Origin: Rebecca billardiae RCC1528
Lineage: Eukaryota; Protista; Haptophyta
Direction of reading: 5' to 3'
DNA length: 64,000 nt
NCBI GenBank assembly: GCA_965240325.2
Contig: OZ251241.1
Span: 62,001 to 126,000 of the forward strand
Below, piece by piece: positions 32,013-44,710 of this stretch. A program made the translations under genes and the position numbers. A model generated the notes under the pieces. That model was given only the letters and a program-made list of their open reading frames with translations. It was not told the DNA's origin and ran no database searches. Position 1 is the stretch's first letter. Each line of letters begins with the position of its first letter.

Positions 32013-35000
32013 ATGGAGAGGTGGGCGGTGCCTCGCGCGGCGCGCGAGCGTGTGGATCGCGCGCGCGTGGTCTGACGCCCTGCTCCCCACCCACGCGCGT
32101 CCGACCCGTCCGCGCCCGCGCCCCGCGCAGGGCGGCGTCCTCAGGCCACGGCGGCGGCATGCCTTCGGACGGCTCGCAGCGGGTGCCCGCCGCCAAGGCG
32201 CAGCAGCGGCTGGTGCAGCCCCAGCTGAGCGCGCGCGTGCCGAACGGCGGTTACGGCGTCGGTGCGCTCGGCCCGCCCGCCGGCGGCGCCTCCGCGCCCC
32301 CCGTCGGCGGCCTCTCCGCCAGCGCGCCGAGCTTTGCGATGGGCGGCGCTTGCGCCGCTGGTTGCGTGCCGATGGCGGGTGCGGCGCCGGGCCTGCGCCA
32401 GCCGCAGCCTGGGCTGTTCATCAACGCGGCGATGCCGCCCGGCGGCGTGGACGAGCACGCCGCCCCGCCGCCCGCCGCGCCCTCCCCGCAAGCCGCCGGC
32501 CCCGGCCGCGCCCCGGGTGGGTGCTGCTCGTCCAAGCTCTCACCGACCGCGCCCGTCTTCAGGCTGCCCGGCGCGACGCCGCCGCTGATGAGCCTGGGGC
32601 ACGGCACGGCGGGCGGCGAGGCGCAGCTCGCCGCGCACGCGAGCGGGCTCTTCGGCGGCGGCGCCGCCGCCGCCGCCGCCACGCCCGACCGCCGCGGGCT
32701 GCCCGCCGCGCCCAACGGCGCGGTCGGCGCGGCCGCGGCCGCGGCGCACGCCGTGCCGCCGCCCGGCGCGCGCGCCGAGGCGGCGGGCGCGAGCGCGGTG
32801 GCGTCGCCCGGCGGCGCGTGCGCGAACGAGTCGGGGCTCTCCCCCGCCGCGCCCGAGTTCGTGATGGGCACGCCGCCGCCCGAGCTGCGCATGTCCGTCG
32901 CCGCGCCCGAGTTCCGCCCCGCGGCGGGCGGCGGCGGTGGGCGGGGCTCTGCGTCGCTGCTGCTGCCGGCCTCGCCGCCGCCGTCGGCGGGGCCGGGCGG
33001 CGCGGGGATGCCCGGCGCGGCGAGCCGCATCCTGGGCGCGCACGCGCAGCCCGGTGCGCCCCCCGCCCTCGCCGCGCCCGACACGCCGCCGCCGAGCACG
33101 CGGCTGAGCTTCCTCGCAGCGGGCGCGGCGGCGGGCGGCGTGTCGGGCGGCGAGGAGGCGGGCGAGGAGGCGGGTGTGGTGGCGTGCGCACAGGCGTACG
33201 TGCGGGAGGGCGGGCTGCACGGCACGCTGCGCGCGCAGCGCGCGGCGGAGCACGCGGGCGCGGGCGCGCGCGCCGCCGAGCTCGAGGCCGCCTCCGTCCG
33301 CGCGTACCACTCGCTCGTGCCCCTCGACGACGTCGCGCGCGGCCACTCTGTGCGCGGGTACGGCGTGCCCACCACCGTGTTCAGAGCCACGCGCGCGGGC
33401 GACGGCCAGCTGTGCTGCGTGCGCCGGATCGACGGCTCGCTGCAGGCGACGGAGGCGGAGCTGAGCGAGGCGGCGCGGCCGTGGCTCGCGCTGCAGCACC
33501 CCGCGCTCGTGCAGCTGCACGAGGCCTTCATCTCCGCCGAGCTCGGCGGCAAGCCCAGGTGGGCCGTCGCGCGCGCGGCGGCAGCGTGCGCGCCGCGCCG
33601 CGCCGCGCCGCGCGCGTGGCGCTGAGACGCGGCGGCGCTCGTCCGCTCGGCCGCCCGCCCGCCCGTTCGCCGCGCCGCGCGCGCAGGCCGTACTTCGTGC
33701 ACGACTTCTACGGCGGCGCGGCCACCGTCGAGGCCGCCTTCTTCGTCTCGATGGGCGCGGAGTGCTGCGCGGAGGGCAGCCTGTGGTCGCTGTGCTGCCA
33801 GCTGGTCGGCCTGCTGTGGGCCACGCACGCCTGCGGTGCGCGCGCGCACGCACGCACACGCGCACACGCACGCACACACCGGGGAGAAGGAGCGAGCCTG
33901 CGCGAGGCCGCGGGGCGGGGCGGGGCGGCCCGCCGCCGTGCGTGCTCCGCGCGCGCGCCTCGGCTCGCCTGCCCTCACCGGACGCACCGCCCGACCGCGC
34001 CGCGCGCCGCGCGCCTCCGCGCAGGGCTGGCGTGCCACGGGCTGGAGCCCGCGCGGCTGCTGCTCACCGGCGGCGAGCGCGTGCGGCTGAACGGCGTGGG
34101 CGTGTGCGACCTCACGCGCACCGACTCGCGCACGCTCGCCGAGCGGCAGGCCGACGACGTCGCCTCCCTCGGCCGGCTGCTGCGCATGCTCGCGTGCCGC
34201 TCGCCCGCGGCTGGAGGCGAGAGTGCGCTCGGGCGCGCGCTCGAGCAGATGGGCGGCACGTGCTCGGCCGAGCTGTGCAGCCTGGTCGCGCTGCTCGGCT
34301 CGTCGCCCACGCCGCTGATCGGCGACGTGGTCGGCCGCGTGAGCGCGCGGCTGATGGACCAGTGCATCAGCGCGCACGCGCACGCCGACGCGCTGCAGTG
34401 GGCGTACCGCTCCGAGCTCGAGAGCGCGCGCATAGGCCGTCTGCTCATCAAGCTCGGCTTTGTGAACGAGCGCCCCGAGTTTGAAGGCCACCCGGCGTGG
34501 TCTGAGACGGGGGACCGCTACCTGCTCAAGCTGTTCAGGGACGCCGTCTTCCACGCGGTGGACGAGGAGGGCGCACCCGTCGTCTCGTACGCACACGTGG
34601 TGCGCGCGCGCCGCCGCCCCGCGCCGGCAGCGTCCGCCCGGCCGCGGCCGCGCGGCGCGCGCCGCGTGCGCCGCCCCGCGCGCTGACGGCAGCGGCCCTG
34701 CGCCCCCGCCCGCTGCGTGCGCGCCGCGCGCTCGGTGTCGGCCGCGCGCCCACCGCGCGCGCGTGCGCAGCTGAGCGCCCTGAACAAGCTCGACATCGGC
34801 GCGGACGAGCACCTGCTGCTGCACGGGCGGGACGAGCACGGCTCGCGCATGGTGGTCAGGTGCGCCCGCACAGCCGAGCTGCACACCCGCACTCACGAAG
34901 GCCCCCGGCCGCGCGGCGCGTGCCGAGGGCCGCGCGCGCGTGCCGCGTGCGCGCGCCCAGCGGCGCTGCGCGACGCGCCGACCGTGCGCCCGCCACGTGT

Positions 35001-35432
35001 GCGCGCTGCGCCGCGCCGCGCAGCTACCGCGACCTGCGGCAACTGGTCGAGAGCGCCTTCGCCGAGCTCGTGGCCGCACAGCAGGCGGCGGCCGGGCCGC
35101 CGAGCGGCCGGGCAGCGGGGGGCGTGGGTGCGGGCGCGCACCAGCCGCACTTCAGGCAGGCGCCGAGCAGCGCGTGCGCGCCTGGGGGCGTCTGCCTTGG
35201 AGCCGGCGGCACGCAGAGCGGGGCTCGCCTCGGGGGCGACGCCGTGCAGTACGCCGGCGCCAGGTGCAGCTGTGCCGCTGCCGGCGGCGGGTCGATGGCG
35301 GCTGCCGCGGCCGCCCCACCACACGGCGCCCACCCCGCGGCCGTGCCCGTGATGGGCGGCGGCACGGCTGGCCAGCACTCCGTGTCGATGCCCACAGCTG
35401 CGGGGGGCGCGGGCCGGCAGCACTCGGCATAG
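32013..35432 (+). CDS. PAN3: PAN2-PAN3 deadenylase subunit PAN3 (pseudokinase, multi-exon)
   Basis: YHSLVPLD; HPALVQLHEAF; ELESARIGRLLIKLGFVNERPEF..WSETGDRYLLKLFRDAVFH; LNKLDIG; SYRDL; N-terminal PAM2-like motifs. Start inferred from ATGGAGAG|GT at 32013. Confidence 0.92.
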
Positions 35433-36006
35433 TTGATATGGTAGCAGGCCCGTACTGCTAAGCTGTTTCATGACACTGCCGCATGGGCAGCTTATAGCCG
35501 GGCTTCACTGGCACCAGTAGCCGAGTCACTTCGCCCCGGCCGGGCGAGTCCTGTGGCTGTGACATGTGCGGTCGTTCCCGCGACTCTTGTGAAGAGTAAT
35601 TGACGATGACAGAGCGTTCAGAATGTGATTCTCGACGATAGCTCATCTCCCGCGATCTGGGGGTTTTAACCTACAATTGCTTCTGAAAGAATTCGACGAT
35701 ATTCTCGTCAACGAATCCGCGGAGTGCTTCGCACCGCTGATCACGTGGCGGCGAAGGCTTTTGCCGCCCTTAACCGCCCTTTATTAATGACCGTCCGGCG
35801 TACCACAGCCTGCCGAGTAATGTCGTTTCCTGAGCGGGTAAACCAGCCTGGGTGATGAGCAAGCCCCCTGACCTCATCATGATCAGCCGAGTAGGGTTGT
35901 GGTTTTTCTGCCGCGCCGCCCACGGCCCCTGCTGGCCAAAACAGCAGCTGGCCGGCGAGGCGTTCGCTGCGCGTGCTCGAGCGCGGCGGCGAGTGTGGCG
36001 TCGCGC

Positions 36007-37042
36007 ATGGGGTGTGGTTCGTCGACCCCCGCCACGCCCCCATCGCAAAGCTCGCCGTCACCGGCGAAGCTCGCAGAGCAGCCGATTGCCAACGAGCAGA
36101 GCCGGGACGCGGCTGTGAAGGAGGTGGAGGTCACGCCCACTCCGCAGCCCGAGCCCACACCCGCACCCCCAAAGTCGGCGGAGCCGGCGGTGCCTACTCC
36201 GAAGCCTGAGCCGACACCCGCGTCGAAGCCCGAGCCCGAGCGCGCTCCTGAGCCCGTGGCCGCGGCGAGCGCAAAGCCCGCCGCAATGCCAGCGGTGGCA
36301 GCCGAGCCCGCACCCAAACCGCCTCCGTCCGCAGAGAAGCACATCGTCCTGATCCTGGGTATGCGCAGGCGGCACGCCCGTGCCCGCGCGCGCCCGGCCC
36401 GCGCGCGCCCCGCACTCACCACCCCGTCCCGCCGTGCCCGCCGTGTCCGCAGGCGCGCCGGGCTCGGGCGTCTCCGAGCAGTGCGCGATGCTCGCCAAAG
36501 TGTTCGGCTGCGCACACCTCGCGGTCGGGCGGATCATGCGCGACGAGGTGATGCGCCAATCCGCCGAGAGCTCGAGGATCGGCCACCTCGTCGCCGAGGG
36601 CAAGCCCATCCCCGCCTCCACGTACACGGCCGTGTACAAGAGCGCGATCGGCGCGGTGCACGTGCCGGCCGAGAAGGCGCACACGCCCGCGGCGCACGTG
36701 CTGGTGGAGGGCTTCCCGCGCGCGGCGGACCAGCTGAAGGTTTTCGAGTGGGAGGTGGGCACGCCGGTCGCCGCGGTGGTGCTCGACGCGAGCGAGCCGG
36801 CCGCGCTCAAGCGCGCGCGTGCGCAGAAGCCCGGGCTGGACGGCGAGCAGTTCGCCACGCTGCGCGAGGCCGCGCTCGAGCGCACGCGTCTGATGGTCGA
36901 GTCGCTGGAGCGCGGCTCTGTCACCGTGCACAAGGTGGACGCGTCCGGCGACGACGCCGGGGTCTGCCGCGCGGTGAGCTCAGCGCTCGGCTGGGGCAGC
37001 CTCGAAGGCGTCGAGCTCGACTTCAGCGCCACTGCGCCGTAG
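36007..37042 (+). CDS. N-acylated adenylate/UMP-CMP kinase-like protein with a degenerate P-loop
   Basis: MGCGSS start; Pro/Glu linker; intron 36359..36452; IVLILG|APGSGVSEQCAML..HLAVGRIMRDEV..VLVEGFPR. Confidence 0.8.
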
Positions 37043-37723
37043 CCTAAGCGGACACGCCCATCATTGTGGCGCGGCGGCTCCCACGCCCACGCCCGCACGC
37101 ACAACGCCGCACAACGCACGCACAACGCTGCGCCGCCGGTGCCGCATGCCGTCGCGCCTGCAGAACGGTGGTGCGCGCACGTACAAGCTGACAGCCTGCG
37201 TCTGGCTATGGCGCGCGTCATGCCGCACAGCGCAGCTGTGAGCTGATCGGCGCGACGTGATCTGCATCGTCGGATTCGTGGGGTCGGCGCCCAGCGGCCG
37301 CCGAGCGACGACTGAGTCTCATGTCTGCCGAGTGCCAGGCGAGTGACATCTACCGTTGCGAGTTCGTCTTACGTCAACGAGGACTCTGGCGACTTTATTT
37401 TCGTTCGCGCCTTGGTCGTCATCATCGTAGCATCAGCGCAGCAGATATATTAACGGAGCCGTTAACAGAGTCAGTCGTCGTAACTGAGCCGCAGTCGACG
37501 AATCATTCGGATGATTGATTATTTGATCCGAGACTAATCAGAGTGAGAGACTGCCCGAGGCTCCCGCGAGGGCCACTAGGACACTATACTGCTCATCAAC
37601 TAGTTGCCAGCAGTGAGTCCGCCGGTGAGTCGTCGACCAGACCGGACCCGATTCACGCAGAGTATATTCAGCAGCGCACAGATGACGCGCAGATTATTAG
37701 ACTGCGCGCGTATCGTACTGCGT

Positions 37724-39619
37724 TAGGTGGGCCCACAGCAATTAAAAAATGAAAACACAATCTCTCTGGCTTTTTCGGACCGCAGCCGTGCTCTTTTCCT
37801 CGCGCTGAAGTCCCTTTTTCCAGGCCGCCGACCTCCGGTCCGGGAAGCCGATCGATCGCGAAAACGATGACCGGGATGGACCTGTGCGCGTCGTCAGCGC
37901 GTTGTCCGCCGCGCTTGCCCGCCTGCCATGCGAGGCACGCTGCGCCGCACGCCCGTGGCATGCTGCGTAACCTTCTGGAACGAGCCATGCGAACGGTTCA
38001 TACCTGGGTCATCTTCCCGGTCTGCCATCTCTCGCCGACAGTCGCGCGTTCAAACACGGGAACAGCTTTGGGGATTGTAATGCGTGCACAACGCGAGCTT
38101 GGGACACCCGTGAACGAACTGGGACACTCCGGGACGTTACTGGGACAGCATCTGCATGGTGTCCTGGCAATGCCCAGCTACTTCTGCGGCCCTGCGGATG
38201 CCCGCCTCGTCGGTCAGGTCCCCGGAAGTCTGTGCGGTGTGACCGAACGCTGTGGCTGTTCACACGATCGTGGGCACTTGGGGAAGGATCTGATGGTCAA
38301 ACAGCGGTCAAAGCGGATGCGTGTGCCGTCTGTCACCTCCCCGGCCTCGACTCAACTCTCAGTGCCGACGCTCCTCAGGTGTTTGGAAGCTACGAGCCAC
38401 TTGGAGGGCCTCGAGCCACACGATTGCACGAGGTCGGGCTGCGCGTCGAGCCGGGTAGATTGCAGCTGATGCGCTTGTTGAGCCCTGTCATGGCTCTACG
38501 CGTACCTCAAGAGCCTAACTACTCCCCCGCGCGGCCGCACAGCAGTCGCCCCGCCTCTGCTTGGTCATCCGCTGTGCGCCGTGCTCGCTGCGGACAGTAC
38601 AGTTGATCCGTTCAACAGTGATTTAAGCCCTTCGTGAGCCTGCCCGAGCACGTTGGCGGCGCCACCGACGCCGGTGCACGGTCAGCAGGCGTACCAGCTC
38701 ACCAGTGAGCCATATCTTGCCCTGCTGCCACGCAGGAAGCGGTGATGAGTGCACATCGCTACGCGCGCGCACACCACGGCGAGCCAGCTCGGCGCTGCGA
38801 CGAATCGGCCGTTGCGCACAGTTAGGCAGAGGACGGTCCAGCTGAGGACAGCTCGGACACAGCTTGGTCGCAATGTAGAGCAACGGTTAGGTCGGAGCAC
38901 GAGAAAAGGCATTCGATGCGTAGCAGTGCCTGCCTTGAACGCCACAGATGAGCACTCGACGAACCTTGTCCGCCGTGTTCAAGCTGCGGGCTGCTGGATG
39001 TGCCCGGCGCCGCGTGCCCCACTCCTGCTTGCCTTGACCACGGCCGGCGGGCTGGCGCCGCGACTCGGTTAGGCTCAATCTTTGCCCACGGCTCCTTAAG
39101 ACTCGTCCTTCGAGGGTAGAAGGGTTGGAAAAATTCTTAGGTGTCACATGCACGCCGTACGGCTGCTACGAGAGCAGTCTGAAACAGTCTGAAATACTAT
39201 GGCAGCCATGCTGATCAGCATGGCGGTGTATATGTAACGCACGGGTATAACGGTCGTTATCCCGTATTCTCAGAGTGCCCATATACGCCGTATATGTGAC
39301 AATGAGTGTGCATGCTGCTGAAGACCTATGAGCAGCTCATCAAAGTGCTATATCAAAGTGACGTCTGTCGACCCTATATATCACGTTTAAGACGCCCGTT
39401 ACATGGTCGTTACATTGGTCACACTGGCCAGTTTCCAATATAAGTAAATAGGGTCACCGTTACGCCCTATATTTACAGCATGTACCACTGGGTTTTTTAC
39501 CAGGCAGGCCAGGGGCCATCTCATGGGGCTGGAATCCAGCTCGAGACGAAAGTAAACACCGCGCTATGAGCTCGCGCTCTGCGCCACTATAATCCCACAG
39601 TAGCCAGTGGGCCCACCTA
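37724..39619. mobile_element. 1.9-kb non-autonomous TIR element E
   Basis: 13-bp perfect TIR TAGGTGGGCCCAC / GTGGGCCCACCTA. Flanking direct repeat CTGCGT (37718-37723 / 39620-39625), extendable to TACTGCGT if it overlaps the right TIR. Lower-GC interior without a recognisable ORF. Confidence 0.75.
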
Positions 39620-39728
39620 CTGCGTAGTACTAGTAAGGTAGTTACGACTCGTCACGGTTATGCGGCTCTGATGTCATCGTCTGAGTACTCACGGGCTGCT
39701 GTCTTGATCAGCCGCGGCGCCGCGCTCT

Positions 39729-41397
39729 TTAGAGAGTACGGCGGTTGTGCTCGTCGTCGTCCAAATCGTTGCTGATGATGCCATCATCCTCGACATCGGC
39801 CAACACCAACGAGGCGGACGACGGGGCGTCCACCGACGACGCGCAGGCGGCTTGGACACTGACGCCGTCGAATCGCGCTTGCGCCGCCGCGCGCGTCGAC
39901 TGCGTCCGCCTCGCCGTGCCCTCCGGCGTCGAGGCGGCGTGACGTGCCGCTGCTGCTGGCGAGACGACTCGCCCCGCGGATGCCGGCGATGCCCACGGCG
40001 TGAAGTGCGCCCGCTCCCCTGCAGGCGCCGACGGCATGGCCGGGCGAGGTGGGCGCTGGGTGCCGGAGCAGGAGCTGGCCTCGCTGCCGTGCGCGTGCGC
40101 GCGTGCTGCCGCTGCGGGCGGCTCGACCGGCGCAAGCGGCCGCACGACTGCGCGCCGCCGCGCGGCCTTGCGCACGGCAATCCACACGCAGCCCCCAAGC
40201 GCGCACGCCCCGCAAATGACGATGGCTGCCAGCAGGAGCACGGCCACGTGTGTCTCCATGCTGAGCGCGCTGCCGCCCAGGGCGCCGCCGCCGAGGCTGG
40301 CGCTGTTGGCGCGGCCGTCAGCAGTCTGGCGTTCGGCCGCGGCCGCCGAAGTCGCGCCGCCGCCGCGCTGGCCGGCGTCGTCGCCGGAGGAGCGGTCGAT
40401 CGTGCTGCCCCCTCGCGCACCCGTGTGAGAGCCAGCGCCGCCCGGCGGTGGCGACAGCGGTGGCGGCGGCGGGCTCGGCGGTGGAGACGGCGGAGGGCTC
40501 GGCGGCGGACGCGGCGGCATGCTTGGCGGCGGGGTCGGCGGCAGACGCGGCGGTGATGGGGGTGCAAAGGGCGGCGGGCGCGACGGTGGCGGCGCCGCAG
40601 GCGGCGCGGACGGCGGCATGCGTGGCGGTGGCGGCGGGCGTGGCGGCGGCGGCGTGGGTGGCCGTGACGGCGGGAGCGAGGGCGGCGGGGTCGGCGGTGA
40701 CGACGGAGGCGGCGCAGGCGGCGTCGATGGCAACGGGCTGGGAGGTGGCAGCGGCGGCGGCGCTGGGGGCGGCGAGGGCGGCGTCGAGGGCGGCGTCGAG
40801 GGCGGCGTCGAGGGCGGGAGGCTCGGCGGCCGCAGCGGAGGCACGCTCGGCGGCGCGCCCGGCGGCGCGCTCGGCGGCGCGGGCGGGCTGGGCGGGCTGG
40901 GCGGGCTGGGCGGGCTGGGCGGGCTGGGCGGCTCCACGTCCAGCTGCACCACTTCCGCCGCCCCAAACGCACCGCCCCCTGCCACCACTGTGCCGCGCAC
41001 GGACAGCTGGAACCAGCCGGCGCCGTGCGAGCAGCAGACGCCATCTGCGCGCGCGGATGGGCGCGGCCGCACGGTGACGCGCGCGCGGGCACGTGAGAGG
41101 CGCGCGCGCTCGGCGCCGAGGTGCTCGCTTGCAGCCGGCCGCGCGCCGCGCGTGCGCGGGTGCGCGCGCACACCTCCGTGCGAGTCTCGCAGCTCCCAGG
41201 CGTAGCCGCCAGGGGGCACGCGCAGCCGCCACAGGGCGAGCGCGTGCGCGAGCTCGGGCGCGCCCGACGCGACCTCGGTGGCGTTGCTGCCGTCCGCCGG
41301 CCGCGTGCGCAGCAGCCAGCGCAGGTCGGACGGGTACGCGTCCACCGAGATCGCGATCTCGAGGTCGTGCGGGCTGCCGCGCGGCGGCGAGCTCGGT

Positions 41398-41435
<38 letters not shown>

Positions 41436-42719
41436 GCGGGCCGGTGGTGGCGGCAGCTCCCGCGTGCTCGCGCGCAGCAGCAGCGCCTCCTCCGCGCCTG
41501 CGCCGTCCGGCGCGAGCGCGCCGACCGTGGCGGCCGCGAGCAAGGCGGCGCGCACGGCCGCTGGCGAGGCGGCCGCGGCAGAAGCGCCCTCCTCCGCGAT
41601 GGCGGCGGCGAGCTGCGCGGCGACGCCGGCGGCGAGCGGGCAGCTCATCGACGTGCCCGACTGCTCCCGCGCGTCCGTCTCACTCCCGAGCCACGCCGAC
41701 AGCACGCGCGCCCCGGGCGCGTACAGATCGACGCAGCCCCCGCGGTTGCTGAAGGCCGCGCGCTCGTCGGCGGGTGCGGCCGCGCCCGTGTCGAGCGCCG
41801 ACGCGCCGACGGTGATCGCGTCGGGCTCGGAGGCGGGGGAGACGTCGCACGCGTCCTCGCCATCGTTCCCCGCGGCCACCACCACCGTCACCCCCGCGCT
41901 CACCGCGCTCCGCACCGCCCGGTTGAGCACGGCGCTGAAGCGGCCGCCGAGCGAGACGCACGCGACCGCCGGGCGCAGCCCGCTGCCGGCCGCGTGGTCG
42001 AGCGCGGCGAGGACGTCGGACATGTAGCCGCGTCCGGAGCAGTCGAGGACGCGGAGGGCGTGCAGCGTCGCGGCGGGCGCCGCGCCGTATGCCGTGCCCA
42101 GCGCGAGCCCGGCCACGTGCGTCCCGTGCCCGTGGCAGTCCGTCGGGTTCCTGTCGTTGTCCACAAAGTCAAACCCGGCGCCCACGCGGCCCAAGAACTG
42201 GGCGTGGTCGAGGCGCGCGCCGGTGTCGATGACGTAGACGTGCGCGCCCGAGCCGTTGTGCGCGGGCGCGTACGCTCCGTCCAGCGGCAGCCGCGCCTGG
42301 TCGATCCGGTCCAGGGCCCACGGCACGGCGCTGCCGGCCGCGTCTGCTGCCCCGAACGCATGCACGGGCTCATCCGCCTCGACCGTCGCGCCCTGCGCCT
42401 CCAGGGACGCGCGCTCCTGCGGGGTGACGAGACCCGCAAAGCCGTGCGCGACGCGCGTGTACGTGCGGGAGATGCGCGCCGCCGGTGGCGCCTCCTTCGA
42501 GCCGGCCCCCACAGGCTGCAGCGGCTGCGCGCCGAGCGCCGCCTCGGCCAGGGCTGCCGCGCCCAGCCGCCCCGAGCCCACGCCCGTGTCGAAGGTGACG
42601 ACGACGCGTTCGAGCGGCGAATCGTTTGCCGCGTGCACGCATGTGAGCACAGCGGCAAGGCGTACGATCGCGCCTCGGCCGCGCGATCGTCGGCGGCCAG
42701 GCGGGCGCGCGGGCGGCAT
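39729..42719 (-). CDS. Type I membrane-anchored subtilisin (S8, proteinase K/aqualysin-like) with I9-like prodomain and Pro-rich stalk
   Basis: Catalytic motifs VYVIDTG, HGHGTHVAG, AAGN, SGTSMS; WALDRIDQ; DSHG|DGVCC domain across in-frame intron 41173..41045; SPP repeats; TM HVAVLLLAAIVICGACALGGCVWIAV. Confidence 0.9.
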
Positions 42720-42924
42720 CTCGCGTTCCCTGCCTCGTTCTAAATGCGGAACCGGCCGCCGTTACGTACTTACTGATCAAGATCGCGGACATGTCGCGCG
42801 GCAAAACCGCCACCGAAATAACTTCATGCCCAGAAATCCAGAATTGGTCCGGAATCTCAAATCCCCGGATTAGTTTTGCTTGCACGCCGCCGCGGACGGC
42901 TGGAGATCTGGCCGCGGCGCGAGA

Positions 42925-44710
42925 ATGGCGCGCCGGGCGGACGACGGGCACGGGGTGTGCGCCTGGCTGACGGATGGCGTGGTGGGCTTCGGCGTGACCA
43001 AGTGCTGCCTCGTCGCGCCTCTCTGCTGCACGAGCGCGCGCGCTCCGCGCGCCTGGGGCTACACCAAGCTGACGACGTGGCATCTGCAGAACCCGGGCTG
43101 CTGCGCGCCCTGTCTCGAAGGCTGCATGTACTGGGTGGACATGGCGTACGACTGGAACCCGGGGGACACCCGGCAGCTCTATTACAGCCGGCGCGAGCAG
43201 TTTGGCGGCTCGTTCTGCACGCACGGCAAGGTGTGCATCGCCGACTCGGCGTCGGTGTGCGAGCGGCTGCTGCAGCCGATGGCGCGGGGGCCCTACCTCG
43301 GCGCGTCCAACATGCGCGCGGACAAGCTGCCCAAGGGCGCGCGCGGGCAGGAGCTCTTCCCGCTCGCGCTGGCGAACGGTGACGTGCCGGGCCAGGACGG
43401 CCGCCACGCCGCCTTCCGCGCGCAGCTCGGCCGTTACATCTTCAACGCCGAGTGCACGAAGCGCGCGGCGCGCACCAACGTGACGAGCGGCGCGCTGCTC
43501 GCGCGCGTCGCGAGCGCGTACCGCGAGGCGGCGGCGAAGGGGACGGAGGAGGCGCTCGACGAGATGACGAGGGGCCCGCTCGCCGACTTCGTCCTGCGGT
43601 ACCTCCACTGGGCGCTCCTCGGCCTGGACCTCGGCGACGAGTCCTCGCACGAGTACGGCGCGGTGCGGCGCGCCTTCTTTGAGCCGAGCGCGCGCGCGTC
43701 GAGCGGGCTGCTCTACTGGCTGTGGGGCGGCGAGCTCACGTCGTTCGCGCTGCGCTGGGTGCCCGGGCTCGCCACCGCGCTGGGCGCGCGGCGGAGGCGC
43801 AACCCGGCGGCGGGGCTGCTCAAGCCGCTGCAGGCGCACACGCCCGACGCGCTGGTGGAGCGCGACTGCGCGGCCGTGCGCGCCATCTACGCGCGCACAG
43901 CCGCGCTCTCGGCATACGCGCTGGACAGCGCGCTGCCCAACTGCCCGAGCAAGGACGAGTTCATCTCGCAGCTGCTGGTCGTGGTGACGATCGCCGGGCT
44001 GCAGGGGCCGCTCACCCTGCTCACGTCGCTCGTCAACAAGGACGACGTGTACCGCTCCGCCGGCGAGTGGCACCCGACCAAAGGCGCGCGCGGGGCGCGT
44101 GTGGCGCGCGTATGCGGGAGCCGGGCGCGCGGCTACGCGGGTGGCGCGCGCCCTCAGCACGCGCGCCCGTGCGCGCCGCGCGCGCAGGCATCCCGCGCGA
44201 CTTCCCGCTGCCACTCAAGGACCGCGAGAAGCTGCGGCTCGTAGTGCTCGAGATGGCGCGCCTCTACCCGCCGGTGAACGGCAGCGCGTTCGTCGCACAC
44301 GAGCGCGTGGAGGTGGCGCGCTTTGCGGGCGGGGCCGCGGCGCGCAGCTTCCCAAAGGGCTGTCCGTTCACGCTCAGGTGCGCGGGCGTGTGCGCGGCGC
44401 GCAGGGCGTGCGAGGCGGCGCGCGCGTGGGCGCGTGGCTGCCGCGGCCGCGCGCGCTGACGCGCCCACCGAGCACCCTCGCGCCCCCGTTCGGGCGCAGC
44501 TACGTGTGCTCGAACACGGACCCCAGCGCGTGGGGCCCCGAGCCCCTGAAGTTTGACCCGTACGGCCACGCGCCCAAGCTGTGGGGGCCCAACGCCATCT
44601 TCAACGGCTTCAACTCGGTCGGCGACCACGGGGAGCGGATATGCCCAGGGCGCGCCCTCGCGCTCGAGATGGCCATCGACTTCCTCCAGGCGATCCACGC
44701 GCAGAAGTGA
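42925..44710 (+). CDS. Atypical cytochrome P450, CYP74-clan-like (3 exons)
   Basis: ExxR (LEMARLYPPV); PLKFDP meander; heme motif FNSVGDHGERICPG; I-helix VTIAGLQG. Introns 44084..44187 (GC-AG) and 44378..44499. Confidence 0.85.

Noticed and set aside
37867-38469. 200-aa ORF in element E as a transposase
   Set aside because: No DDE or Zn-finger motif is recognisable
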